From assembly GCF_004010195.1 (NCBI RefSeq), contig NC_057757.1:3159256-3179255 (forward strand): a DNA stretch of 20,000 bases, given 5' to 3'. Source of the DNA: Chiloscyllium plagiosum. Taxonomy: Eukaryota. How positions within the stretch are numbered: position 1 is the stretch's first letter; each line of letters begins with the position of its first letter. Below, piece after piece: positions 9,754 to 20,000 of the stretch. Made by a program: the position numbers and the translations under genes. Below the pieces are notes generated by a model. The model searched no databases, was not told where the DNA came from, and worked only from the letters and a program-made list of their open reading frames with translations.

Positions 9754-9950
9754 ATAAAGTTAAAAATCACACAACACCAGGTTATAATCCAACAGGTTTA
9801 ATTGGAAGCACACTAGCTTTCGGAGCTCCGCTCCTTCATCAGGCGGCGCTCCGAAAGCTAGTGTGCTTCCAATTAAACCTGGTGGATTATAACCTGGTGT
9901 TGTGTGATTTTTAACTTTGTACAACTCAGTCCAACACCGACATCTCCAAA
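9754..9950. mobile_element. Penelope-like element remnant: inverted pLTR pair
   Basis: 71-bp arms at 9756-9826 and 9848-9918 with one mismatch. Flanked by TGAAGGCTAAT (9743-9753) and TGAAGACTAAT (9951-9961). Contains a hammerhead core. Confidence 0.8.
9811..9845 (-). ncRNA. Minimal type I hammerhead ribozyme motif
   Basis: Minus strand reads CGC CUGAUGA A GGAGC-GGA-GCUCC GAAA GCUA GUG: conserved core boxes, 5-bp helix II, palindromic AGCU helix III, 3-bp helix I with one G-U pair. Confidence 0.7.
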
Positions 9951-10265
9951 TGAAGACTAATGCTGTACCTTTAAGAGAAGGTGAAAGCTGTTTTGCACTG
10001 AGAGCTTGCAGGCACCTGACATGTAACTGACTAGCAGTCTCAGAGTGTACTGGAAAATTAAAAATATGCAACATTTGGCTGTGAAACAAAGACATGAGTT
10101 TTGGTTGCTTTGTTTACAACCATTCAATTTTAACCAATCAGTTTAAATTATGCCCCAGGATACTAAAACCCAATCAATTTTACATTTATTGTTTTGCCAA
10201 CATTGAACCAATGAGACAATCCAATCCAATGTTTGGGGTATAAAGAAACAGACATTTTGAGAGTT

Positions 10266-10595
10266 TGATTAGATTAGATTCCCTACAATGTTGAAACAGG
10301 TCCTTCGGCCCAACAAGTCCACACCAACCCTCCGAAGAGCGACCCACCCAGACCCATTCCCCTACATTTACCACTGACTAATGCACCTAATACTACGGAT
10401 AATTTAGCATGGCCAATTCACCTAACCTGCACATCTTCGGACTGTGGGAGGAAACCAGAGCACCTTGAGGAAACCCATGCAGACACGGGGAGAATATGCA
10501 AACTCCACACAGACAGTCACCCGAGGCTGGATTCAAACCTGGGACCTTGGTGCTGTGAGGCAGCAGTGCTAACCACTGAGCCACCGTGGCGCCCC
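10266..10595 (-). mobile_element. HE1-like SINE, full length, inside the LTR
   Basis: (GATTA)n tail at 10267-10280, body, reversed B box ggattcaaacc and reversed A box ccactgagcca. Confidence 0.93.
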
Positions 10596-10599
10596 TAAA

Positions 10600-10701
10600 A
10601 TCAGATTCTACCATGGTGGGATTTGAACCCAAGTCCCCAAAACATGCGCCGAGTTTCTGGATTAATAGCCCAGGAATAATACCACTAGGCCATACTGCCC
10701 T
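10600..10701 (-). mobile_element. 5' head of a second tRNA-derived SINE family
   Basis: Minus strand: TGGCCTAGTGG (A box) ... ttaatccagaaac ... GGTTCAAATCC (B box) caccatgg. Confidence 0.7.
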
Positions 10702-12629
10702 ATACATTTGTGAGAGAGTTAGTGAGAGAGAACAACTGCCATTGTCAGAGTAACTGCCAGCAACACACTCTCTATCAAAGGTAACTTTTTCATATGAAAC
10801 ATCTTAGCAACAAAAGACCAAAGACAACCCAGACAGCAAGAGGAAGACATACACCGGAGACGACAGCTGCTGTCTGGTTTTGAAATTAAGTTGATGTAAT
10901 TTTAGTATGAGTGGTTATTGGAACAGTATGTAGTTATAGAAGTGGAGGCAGATAACAAGCAGTTAAGAGAAAGGAAGCTTAGAGTTGTGAATAGTTATTG
11001 TTCAATGTTCACTTTTAGAGTTAAAGAATAAATTAATATTTTTTATTTAAATAGTGGAATTTGGGAGTTCTCTGTCACTCAGACTTTAACAGATTATGAG
11101 GCGAGGTGAGCTTTTCTGGGTGTTTGGTTTAATTAGCAGAGAGTTAACCGCCATGTCGTAACACTCGTAAGTCTAAAATCGGTGGTGAGGAAAATTCTTG
11201 AATCCATTATCAAGGACCTTATGGTGAAGCATATAGAAAGCAGTGGCAAGGTCAGACAGAGTCAGTGTAGATTTATGAAGGGGAAATCATGCTTGACAAA
11301 TCTGTTGGAAGTCTATGAAGATGTAATGAGTAGAGTTGAAAGGGAGAGCTAGTCAATGTGGTACATTTGGACTTTCAGAAAACGTTTGACAAAGTCCCAC
11401 ATAAGAGACTGCTGTGCAAGATTACAGTGTATGGGATTGGGGAAAGTCTACTGAGATAGCTAGGAAACTGGTTGGTAGAGGGGAAAAGACAAAGAGTAGG
11501 AATTTATGGATCCTTTTCAAATCAGCAGGCACTAACTAGTGGGGTGCCACAGGGATCAGTGCTTGGACCCCAACTATTCACAATATGTAGTAATGATTTG
11601 GATGAGGGAACAAAATGCAACATGTCAAAGCTTGCAGATGATACCAAGTTGGGTGGGAGGGTGAACTGTGACAAGGATGCAGAGATCCTTCAGCACGATC
11701 TGGATAGGTTGGGTGAGTGGGCAAGCCATTGGCAGATGCAGTATAATTTGGATAAATGTGAGGTTATTCACTTTGAAAGCAGAAACAAGAGGGCGGATTA
11801 GTACCTGAATGGCTGCAAATTGGGAGGGGGAATGCGCAGAGGGACCTGGGTGTCCTTGTGCACCAGTTGCTGAAGGTGAGCATGCAGGAGAGCAGGTGGT
11901 AAAGAAGGCAAATGGCATATAGGCCTTCATTGCGAGAGGATTCGAGTACAGAAGCAGGGATGTGTTGCTGCAGTTATACAGGGGCTTAGTAAGGCCACAC
12001 CTAGAATATTGAGAGCAGTTTTGGTCTCCTTTTCTGAGGAAGGATGCTCTTGCTCCCAAGGGAGGGCAGTGAAGGTTTCCCAGGCTGATTCCAGGGGATG
12101 GCAGAACTGAAGTATGAGGAGAGATTGACTAGGTTAGGATTGTTTTCACTGGAGTTCAGACAAGTGAGGGGGAATCTCATATTAGAAAATTCTAACAGGG
12201 CTATATAGGGAGGATGTTCCCAATGGTGGGTGTGTCCAGTACCGGGGGTCACAGTTTGAGGATTCAGGGTAGACCATTTAGGACAAAGAAGAGGAGACAT
12301 TTCTTCACCAACAGAGCGGCGAGCCTGTGGAATTCATTACCACAGGAAGGAGTTGGTGCCAAAACATTCAACACATTCAAGAGGAGGCTAGATGTAACAT
12401 TTGGGGAGAATGGGATCAAAGGTTATGGGGAGAAAGCAGGATTAGACTCTTGAATTGGACGATCAGCCATGATTGTGATGAATGCTGAAGCAGGCTTGAA
12501 GGGCTGAACGGCCTCCGTCTGCTCCTTTCTTCAATGTCTCTATGTTTCTAAATGGTGACATGTTATTAGAAATATTGACATTCCATTAGAATTAGTAACA
12601 TTCTATTGGAATCAGCAACATTCTATTAG

Positions 12630-13026
12630 AAACAGTGGCATTCTGTTAGCTTCACTAATTACTTTTAGAATATCAGTGTTACGCAGAGCATGCATCCGTA
12701 ATAGATACTGCCAAACCTCTGATCTTGACAGCACTGCAAATCTCCCACTGGTCAGACAATCGGTTTCTCTTTTATTCTTCCTGCCAAAATGGACAACTTG
12801 GTTTGCCACATCTGTGCCCACACGCACAGTCCGTGATGCTCCTTTCTTAGCCTCCTCACGTCCACATCACGATCTAACGTTCCTGCCTATCTTTGCGCCT
12901 ACCGTTTATATGCAAAGTGCAAAAGGCTGAAGCGCTTGTCCTGGATCCTGTGGCACACCACTCATTGCATCTTGCCAACCAGAAAATGACCCACTTATAT
13001 CAACTTGCTGCTTCGTGTTTACCAAC
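12630..13026 (-). mobile_element. Decayed CR1 RT fragment, continuation of 6270-6866
   Basis: Repeats the break-point sequence (aacagt(a/g)gcattctgttagc), then ttattcttcctgccaaaatggacaa (VHFGRKNK) and gatcctgtggcacaccactc (SGVPQ). Confidence 0.75.
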
Positions 13027-13692
13027 AGGTAACTAAAATTCGGTGTAACTGGGTCATAACTGGTCCACTTCTGCTCCAAAGTCCTAAGTCCTGATCATTT
13101 ACTTATTAATGGCTTAGATGATCGCATAGAGAGAGAGACAACTATCAAACTTGTTAATGTCTCAATGATTAGTGACATTTTAGCCAGTGTAGAATGTTCA
13201 GAGCAATTAACTGAGTGTATTTGGAGGGGTGCAATGTGTATTCATTGTGTAGAAAAGATGGCATGCACAGAAAAATTCTAACTCTACCATAGATGGAATC
13301 CATGTCAAACATAATATCATGACCACACAAGGGTGTATCAACCCTTTAAGACCATAAGATGTAGGACTGAACTGCCCCATCCGCGATTCTTTCCTTCTGT
13401 GAGCTTCCGAGAAAGAGTTGCGAGCTGTGAGGAATGCGTGCTTGTTGAGCTTCCTTACTTGGCTGCAATTGTCCACGTTTCATACTGATTCACGAACAGG
13501 CCACTGAGACCTCAGGCTCCAACAGCAGGTGTCTTCACCTTACGCATCAGCTCAATACTACTCCCTGCACGTCCCGTGAGTTTGCCAAAGGTGTGTGGCT
13601 CAGAGAGAAACTTGCATCTGGTGCCCTTGCAGACGGCAGAGGTTGCATGCTTGTATGGAGTCTTGGTGAGTTGCCGCAGTACATCATACTGT

Positions 13693-13997
13693 GGCACAAT
13701 GGCTCACGGTGGCTCAGTGGTTAGCACTGCTGCCTCATAGCGTCTTAGACCCAGGTTCGATTCCCATCTCGGGCGATTGTCTGTGTGGAGTTTGCACATT
13801 CTCTCTGAGTCTGTGTCGATTTCCTCCCACAGTCCAAAGATGTGCAGGTTAGGGTGGGTTGGCTATGCTAAATTGTCCCATAATGTTAGATGCATTAGTC
13901 AGGGTAGGGGAATGGGTCTGGGTGGGTTACTCTTTGGAGGGTGTGAACTTGCTGGACTAAATGGCCTGTTCCATACTGTAGGGAATCTAATCAAATC
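13693..13997 (+). mobile_element. HE1-like SINE
   Basis: A box tggctcagtgg (with an apparent upstream duplicate), B box ggttcgattcc, tail ccatactgtagggaatctaatc. Confidence 0.92.
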
Positions 13998-13999
13998 GT

Positions 14000-14435
14000 G
14001 TGGAAAGTACACACTGCTGCTCCTGAGTGTCAGTGGTGGGGGGAGTGGATGTGATGCCAGTCGATTGGGCTGCTTTGTCCCTGGATGGAGTCAAGCTTTT
14101 TGAGTGTTGTTGGAGCTGCCCCCATCCAGGGGCAAATGGGGAGTATTCCATCACACTCCTGAGTTGTGCCTTGTCGCTAGTGGACTGGCTTTTGGGGAGT
14201 CAGGAGGTGAGTTACTCCCCGCAGTATTCCAAGCCTCTGATCTGCTCTTGTAGCCACAGTGGTTATACAATGAGCCCAGTTGGTACAATGGTAACCCCCT
14301 AGGATGTTGATAATGGAGGACTTCGGTGATGGCAATACATTGAGTGTCAAGGGGGTGATGGTTTGATTCTTTCTCTTGTTGGAGATGATCATTGCTTGGC
14401 ATTTGTGTGTGGTGTGAATGTTAGTTATCACACTT
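14000..14435 (-). mobile_element. CR1-clade LINE ORF2 fragment of a different subfamily
   Basis: ORF 14177..14431 (HKCQAMIISNKR...INILG...TVATRADQRLGILRGVTHLLTPQ) resembles the post-RT region of a non-LTR ORF2. Confidence 0.8.
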
Positions 14436-14548
14436 TGAGTACTGTGAGCAATTCAAAACACCTTAACAAGGACATTTCCCTAGGACAAAGTGCAGTGTAG
14501 ATTCTGAAAATTGTTGTTTTGACTCCATGGATTAAATTACAAGGGAAA

Positions 14549-14646
14549 CTGACAAAATGGTCATCAACCTACAACTTCAACTTTGTTTTGCTCTCCCCAG
14601 ATGCTGCCCGACCTGCTGAATTTCTCCAGCACTCTCAATTTTATTA
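14549..14646 (+). mobile_element. Degenerate Penelope-like pLTR fragment
   Basis: ctctccccagatgctgcccgacctgctgaatttctccagca is homologous to 8340-8385. Confidence 0.6.
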
Positions 14647-14726
14647 CACAAACTACACAAAATGGATTATGCTTCTGGCAATTTAGAACATTGAGCATCG
14701 AATTGAGTAAACTTGTCTATCTGTTA

Positions 14727-15565
14727 ATGTGTGTCTGTGTGTACACATGCAAGCGTGTTTGTGTGTATCTCTCTCTGTTACTGTATCTCTCTGTTACTGT
14801 GTGTGTATATGTGTGTGTCTGCTACTGTGTGTTTGTGTCTGTCTCTCTGTTGCTATGTGCGTGTCTGTGTTATTGTGTGTGCGCCTGTGTGTGTCTATGT
14901 TACTGTGTCTGTCTCTCTGCTACTGTGTATATCTGTAACTGTGTGTGTGTGTGTGCGCCTGTGTGTGTCTCTGTCACTGTGTGCATCTGTTACTCTGTGT
15001 GTGTATATCTCTGTAACTGTGTGTGTCTCTCTCTGTTGCTGTGGTATCTCTGTAACTGTGTGTGTGTCTCTCTGTTATTGTGTATGTGTCTCTGTTACTG
15101 TGTGTATGTTCATGTATGTGGCTCTGTTATTATGTGTGTGTCNNNNNNNNNNNNNNNNNNNNNNNNNNNNNNNNNNNNNNNNNTGTATCTGAGTGTCTCT
15201 GTTACTGTGTGTGTCTCAGTGTCTCTCTGACTGTGTCTGTGGGTGTGTGTATGTGTGTCTCTGTCACTATGTGCGTGTATGTGTCTGTATCTCTATGTTA
15301 TTCTGTGTGTGTATCTGAGTGTCTCTGTTACTGTGTGTGTCTCAGTGTCTCTCTGACTGTGTCTGTGGGTGTGTGTATGTGTGTCTCTGTCACTATGTGC
15401 GTGTATGTGTCTGTATCTCTATGTTATTCTGTGTGTGTCTGAGTGTCTCTCTGTTAGCCTGTGTTTGTCTGTGTCTCCACGTTATGCTCTTTGTGCATGT
15501 TGCTCTGTTATTTTGAGTACGTGCGTGTGTGTGATTCCCTGTTAGTGTGTGTGTATGTGTGCGGG
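14727..15565. repeat. TG/TC-rich compound microsatellite with a 41-N assembly gap (15143-15183)
   Basis: Recurrent ctctgttactgtgtgtgt units. A 126-bp direct duplication starts at 15184 and again at 15310. Confidence 0.95.
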
Positions 15566-15604
15566 CGCGCTTCTCTGGATTGAGGATTCAGATTATCATC
15601 ACAA

Positions 15605-15672
15605 ACTCATGGTATAGCAGAGTAGATTTGATGGGCTGAATGGCCTATTTCTGCTCTCTGTCTGATGGCCTT
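15605..15672 (+). mobile_element. CR1-like 3' tail remnant
   Basis: gatttgatgggctgaatggcctatttctgctc. Confidence 0.55.
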
Positions 15673-15768
15673 GTTGCCTTGCTTATCTGTGAGCGCATCT
15701 GTGACCTTGACTAACACACAGATCACCCCTGATTTCCCCCCAAAACCCATTCAAGTGAGAGCGCTGAC

Positions 15769-15823
15769 CTGTTGGACTGGTCTCGATGAAGAAGAGGACC
15801 AGCAGGAGGTAGACTAGGAACAT
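15769..15823 (-). CDS. Candidate first coding exon encoding a signal peptide, MFLVYLLLVLFFIETSPT plus one base of a split codon
   Basis: Non-repetitive sequence. ATG with G at -3, hydrophobic core, 55 nt ending at a phase-1 donor CAG|GTCAGC. Upstream acceptor candidates: ccttttcttgtcctgctctggttcag| (exon start 15884) or ctaac...ctctttaag| (exon start 15919). Confidence 0.45.
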
Positions 15824-16175
15824 CTCTCCAGCTGTTAATGCTCTGTGAGGCGCCACATTTTCAATCGGTAGAGGAGGAAGGGACCTGAACCAGAGCAGGA
15901 CAAGAAAAGGCAACATAACCTTAAAGAGACATCTCGTTAGATGGGTGAGAGGGATTGCTATTGGGGAAGGACCAGCACTGAGGACCAGTCGCTGTGATGT
16001 TACCCCCCACACCCTCCACGTCCATTCCACACCATTACCTCATAATCACCAGCTAGCATCATAATCATCATCCCACCAATAGGGGCCCAGAGTGACCTCT
16101 GCACCAGGTATAATAGGTCAATGGCAATTGGTACTGTCACAAAACACTGCAGCTGGACATGCAATGATGATTGAG

Positions 16176-16503
16176 CATAGAGTCATAGAGATGTACAGCA
16201 CGGAAACAGACCCTTCGGTCCACGTCCATGCCAACCAGATATCCTCAACTAATCTACTCCCACTTGCCATCATTTGGCCCATATTCCTCTAAACCCTTCC
16301 TATTCATATACCCATCCAGGTGCCTTTTAAATGCTGTAATTGTGCCAGCCTCCACCACTTCCTCACCACTTCATGCACCACCCTCGTGTGAAAAAGTTGC
16401 CCCTCAGGTCCCTTTTAAATCTTTCCCCTCTCACCTTAAGCCTATGCCTTCTGGTTTTGGGCTCCCCTACCCTGGGGAAAACACCCTATCCATGCACCTC
16501 ATG
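16176..16503 (-). mobile_element. HER1/CR1 LINE 3' end
   Basis: catagagtcatagagatgtacagcacggaaacagaccctt... closely similar to 7971-8290. Confidence 0.92.
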
Positions 16504-16669
16504 TAGATTGGATCAACTGGATTACTGCTGGATGATGGTGCCTCCTGCGTCGTAGATCACTGGGCCACGTCATGTCAGGAGGGGTGCATCTGTTCCACAG
16601 ATTTGGCCCATTTCCGAACATCTAGTCCAGAAAATTGCTGACCTGTGTTGCCGTGTACTATTTGACACT

Positions 16670-19600
16670 TGTTTCCACTAGGATTTCACTGGCTCACTCC
16701 AGGGTACACTGAGGAATGATGACTCACATTGGAATTTCACAGATTCTCACTGGGGTAAACAGGTTCCCACTGGTATGCATTTGTTCTGACTGGGATTTCA
16801 CTGGCTCACACTGGGATGCGCGGACTCAGAGTGGGATATGCTGACTGTCACTAGGGCACACTGACTCCCACTGAGATTTTGCTGGCCCACACTGGGATAT
16901 ACTGATCCACACTGGAGTGCACGATTACACTGGCTCACACTGGAGTATGATACATGCTGGGATACACAGACTCACATTGGGCACACCAACTCACACTGGA
17001 GTATACTGGCTCACACTGGGGTACACTAGTTCACACTGGGGTACACTGGCTCAACCTGGGGTACATTGACCCACACTGGTGAACACTGACCCATACAAGA
17101 ATACACCGACACACACTGGGGTACACTGACCTACAGTGGGACACATTGACCAGGACTAGTGTACACTGCCCCCCACTGAGGTACACTGATCCACACTGGT
17201 ACTCATTGACCCACACTGGGGAATACTGACCCACACTGGGGTACACTGATCCACACTGGTACTCACTGATCCACACTGGGGAATACTGACCCACACTGGG
17301 GAACACTGACCCACACTGGGAAACACTGACTCACACTGGGGTGCACTGACCCACACTGGGGAGCACTGACCCACACTGGGGAGCACTGACACACACTGGA
17401 ACACACTGACCCACACTGGGGTACACTGACCCACACTGGGGTACACTGACCCACACTGGGGAACACTGACCCACACTGGGAAACACTGACTCACACTGGG
17501 GTGCACTGACCCACACTGGGGAGCACTGACCCACACTGGGGAGCACTGACACACACTGGAACACACTGACCCACACTGGGGTACACTGACCCACACTGGG
17601 ATGCACTGACCCACACTATGAAACACTGACTCACACTGGGGTGCACTGACCCACACTGGGGAACATTGACACACACTGGAACACACTGACCCACACTGGG
17701 GCACACTGACCCACACTGGGGTGCACTGATCCCCACTGGAACACACTAACCCACACTGGGGTGCACTGACCCACACTGGGGTGCACTGATCCCCACTGGA
17801 ACACACTGACCCACACTGGGGTACACTGACCCACACTGGGGTGCACTGACCCACACTGGGGTGCACTGACCCACACTGGGGAACACTGATCCCCACTGGA
17901 ACACACTGACCCACACTGGGGTACACTGACCCACACTGGGGTGCACTGACACACTGGGATACACTAACCCACACTGGCGTGCACTGACACACACTGGGGT
18001 GCACTGACCCACACTGGGAAACACTAACTCACACTGGGGAATACTGACCCACACTGGGGAATACTGACCCACACTGGGGAACACAGAGCCATGCAGAAGT
18101 GCACTGTCACACACTAGGACACATTGACACACACTGGGGTGCATTGACCCACACTGGGGACACACTGGCCCACACTGGAGTACACTGACCCACACTGGGG
18201 ACACACTGACCCACACTGGGGACACACTGACCCAGACTGGGGACACACTGACCCACTCTGGGTTACACTGACCCACACTGGGGACACACTGACCCACACT
18301 GGGGTACACTGACCCACACTGGGGACATACTGACCCACACTGAGGAGACACTGACCCACACTGGGGACACACTGACCCACACTGGGGTACACTTACCCAC
18401 ACTGGGGACACACTGACCCACACTGGGGAGACACTGACCCACACTGGGGAACACTGACCCACACTGGGGGACACTGACCCACACTGGGGAACACTGACCC
18501 ACACTGGGGAACACTGACCCACACTGTGGGCATACTGACCCACACTGGGGAACACTGACCCACACTGGGGAACACTGACCCACACTGTGGGCACACTGAC
18601 CCACACGGGTGTGACTGACATACACTGGGGTACATTGATCAGACTGAGGTACACTGACATACACTGGGGAACACTGATCCACACTGGGGAACACTGACCC
18701 ACACTGGGGAACACTGACCCACACTGGGGACACACTGACCCACACTGGGGACACACTGACCCACACTGGGGACACACTGACCCACACTGGAGCGCACTGA
18801 CACACACAGGGGACACACTGACCCACACTGGGGACACACTGACCCACACTGGGGTACATTGACCCACACTGTGGGCACACTGACCCACACTGGGGTACAC
18901 TGACCCACACTGGGGACACACTGACCCACACTGGGGACACACTGACTCACACTGGGGAACACTGACCCACACTGGGATACACTGACCCACACTGGGGAAC
19001 ATTGACCCACACTGGGGTACACTGACCCACACTGGGGAAGATTGACCCACACTGGGGACACACTGACCCACACTGGGGAACATTGACCCACACTGGGGTA
19101 CACTGACCCACACTGGGGAACACTGACCCACACTTGGGACACACTGACCCACACTGTGGACCACTGACCCACACTGGGGAACACTGACCCACACTGGGGT
19201 ACACTGACCCACACTGGGGACACACTGACCGACACTGGGGACACACTGACCCACACTGTGGACCACTGACCCACACTGGGATACAGTAACCCACACTGGG
19301 GAACATTGACCAGACTGAGGTACACTGACCCACACTGGGGAACACTGATCCACACAGGGGTACACTGACCCACACTGGTGACGCACTGACCCACACTGGG
19401 GAACACTGACCCACACTGGGGAACACTGACCCACACTGGTGACACACTGACCCAGACTGGGGACACACTGACCCACACTGGGGACACACTGACCCATACT
19501 GTGGAACACTGACCCACACTGGGGTACACTGACCCACACTGGGGTACACTGACCCGGACTGGAGTGCACTGACCCGGACTGTGGGCACACTGACCCACAC

Positions 19601-20000
19601 TGGGGACACACTGACACACACTGGGGACACACTGACCCACACTGGGGAACACTGACCCACACTGTGGGCACACTGACCCACACTGTGATGACTAACATAC
19701 ACTGGGGTACACTGGCACACACTGGGGAACACTGACCCACACTGGGGACACACTGACCCACGCTGGGGACACACTGACCCACGCTGGACACACACTGACC
19801 CACGCTGGGGACACACTGACCCACGCTGGACACACACTGACCCACGCTGGGGACACACTGACCCACGCTGGACACACACTGACCCACGCTGGGGACACAC
19901 TGACCCACGCTGGACACACACTGACCCACGCTGGGGACACACTGACCCACGCTGGACACACACTGACCCACGCTGGGGACACACTGACCCACACTGGGGA
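16670..20000. repeat. 20/21-bp minisatellite, consensus about CCACACTGGGG(T/A)ACACTGAC, running off the window
   Basis: Degenerate at 16670-17200, strict 20-bp period at 17200-17950, mixed 20/21-bp units after that, alternating 21-bp dimers from about 19760. Confidence 0.98.

Larger units (their letters stand above)
9732..11163 (+). mobile_element. Solo LTR (Gypsy-like) carrying three nested insertions
   Basis: Ends TGTTATGA ... TCGTAACA (7/8 inverted match). TATAAA near 10239 and AATAAA near 11027. The LINE is continuous across it. The 4-bp flanks CCAG / CTCG match only partly. Confidence 0.75.
9031..12550 (+). mobile_element. Long CR1 LINE ORF2 relic (RT domain to 3' tail), split by an LTR at 9732-11163
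   Basis: ANVIPIFKKG...GNYRP before 9731. It resumes with KGKSCLTNLL, HLDFQKTFDKVPH, SGVPQGSVLGPQLF and KLADDTKL (ORF 11472..11801), then ORF 12214..12453 and tail ctatgtttcta. Many stops and frameshifts. Confidence 0.93.

Noticed and set aside
11164..12453. Functional reverse transcriptase gene
   Set aside because: Multiple stops and frameshifts, LADD in place of FADD, an LTR insertion and no endonuclease domain.
1076..13780. tRNA genes suggested by A and B boxes
   Set aside because: Each runs into a SINE body. They are tRNA-derived SINE heads.
15184..15435. Exact 126-bp tandem duplication
   Set aside because: It begins right at the gap edge in low-complexity DNA, so an assembly artefact cannot be excluded.
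14583..15516. Cys/Val-rich ORFs
   Set aside because: Translations of a TG microsatellite, several spanning an N gap.
18520..19690. CACTGTG heptamers resembling V(D)J recombination signals
   Set aside because: They are single-base variants of the satellite unit, with no nonamer and no V or J segments.
17200..19760. Many ACACTGG matches to the miR-199-5p seed (sponge idea)
   Set aside because: A single 7-mer coincidence multiplied by tandem repetition, with no evidence of an exported transcript.
17031..19994. Long minus-strand ORFs (up to 748 aa) rich in C, V, S, P, Q and G
   Set aside because: They are translations of the 20/21-bp minisatellite. All three frames are open with the same rotating peptides, and units vary by single-base indels.

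Overview
This window is vertebrate nuclear DNA, most likely from a shark or other elasmobranch. It is dominated by decayed CR1-clade LINEs (HER1-like) and tRNA-derived SINEs (HE1/V-SINE-like) that share the LINE 3' tail. It also holds two or three solo LTRs, a non-autonomous Tc1/mariner (pogo-like) element, Penelope-like pLTR fragments, a TG-rich tract containing an assembly gap, and a 20/21-bp minisatellite of more than 3 kb running off the right end. I see no intact gene. The only credible host coding sequence is a possible minus-strand signal-peptide exon (15769-15823). The most notable features are: (1) a near-perfect 71-bp inverted repeat at 9756-9918 whose minus strand reads as a complete minimal hammerhead ribozyme; (2) a 20-bp minisatellite that appears to have arisen inside a CR1 copy and now hosts about 5.7 kb of nested insertions; (3) a clean solo LTR splitting a LINE; (4) a TAAT-rich, repeat-free block that may be a conserved enhancer. 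Family names come from motif recognition, not database searches, and repeat boundaries are approximate.
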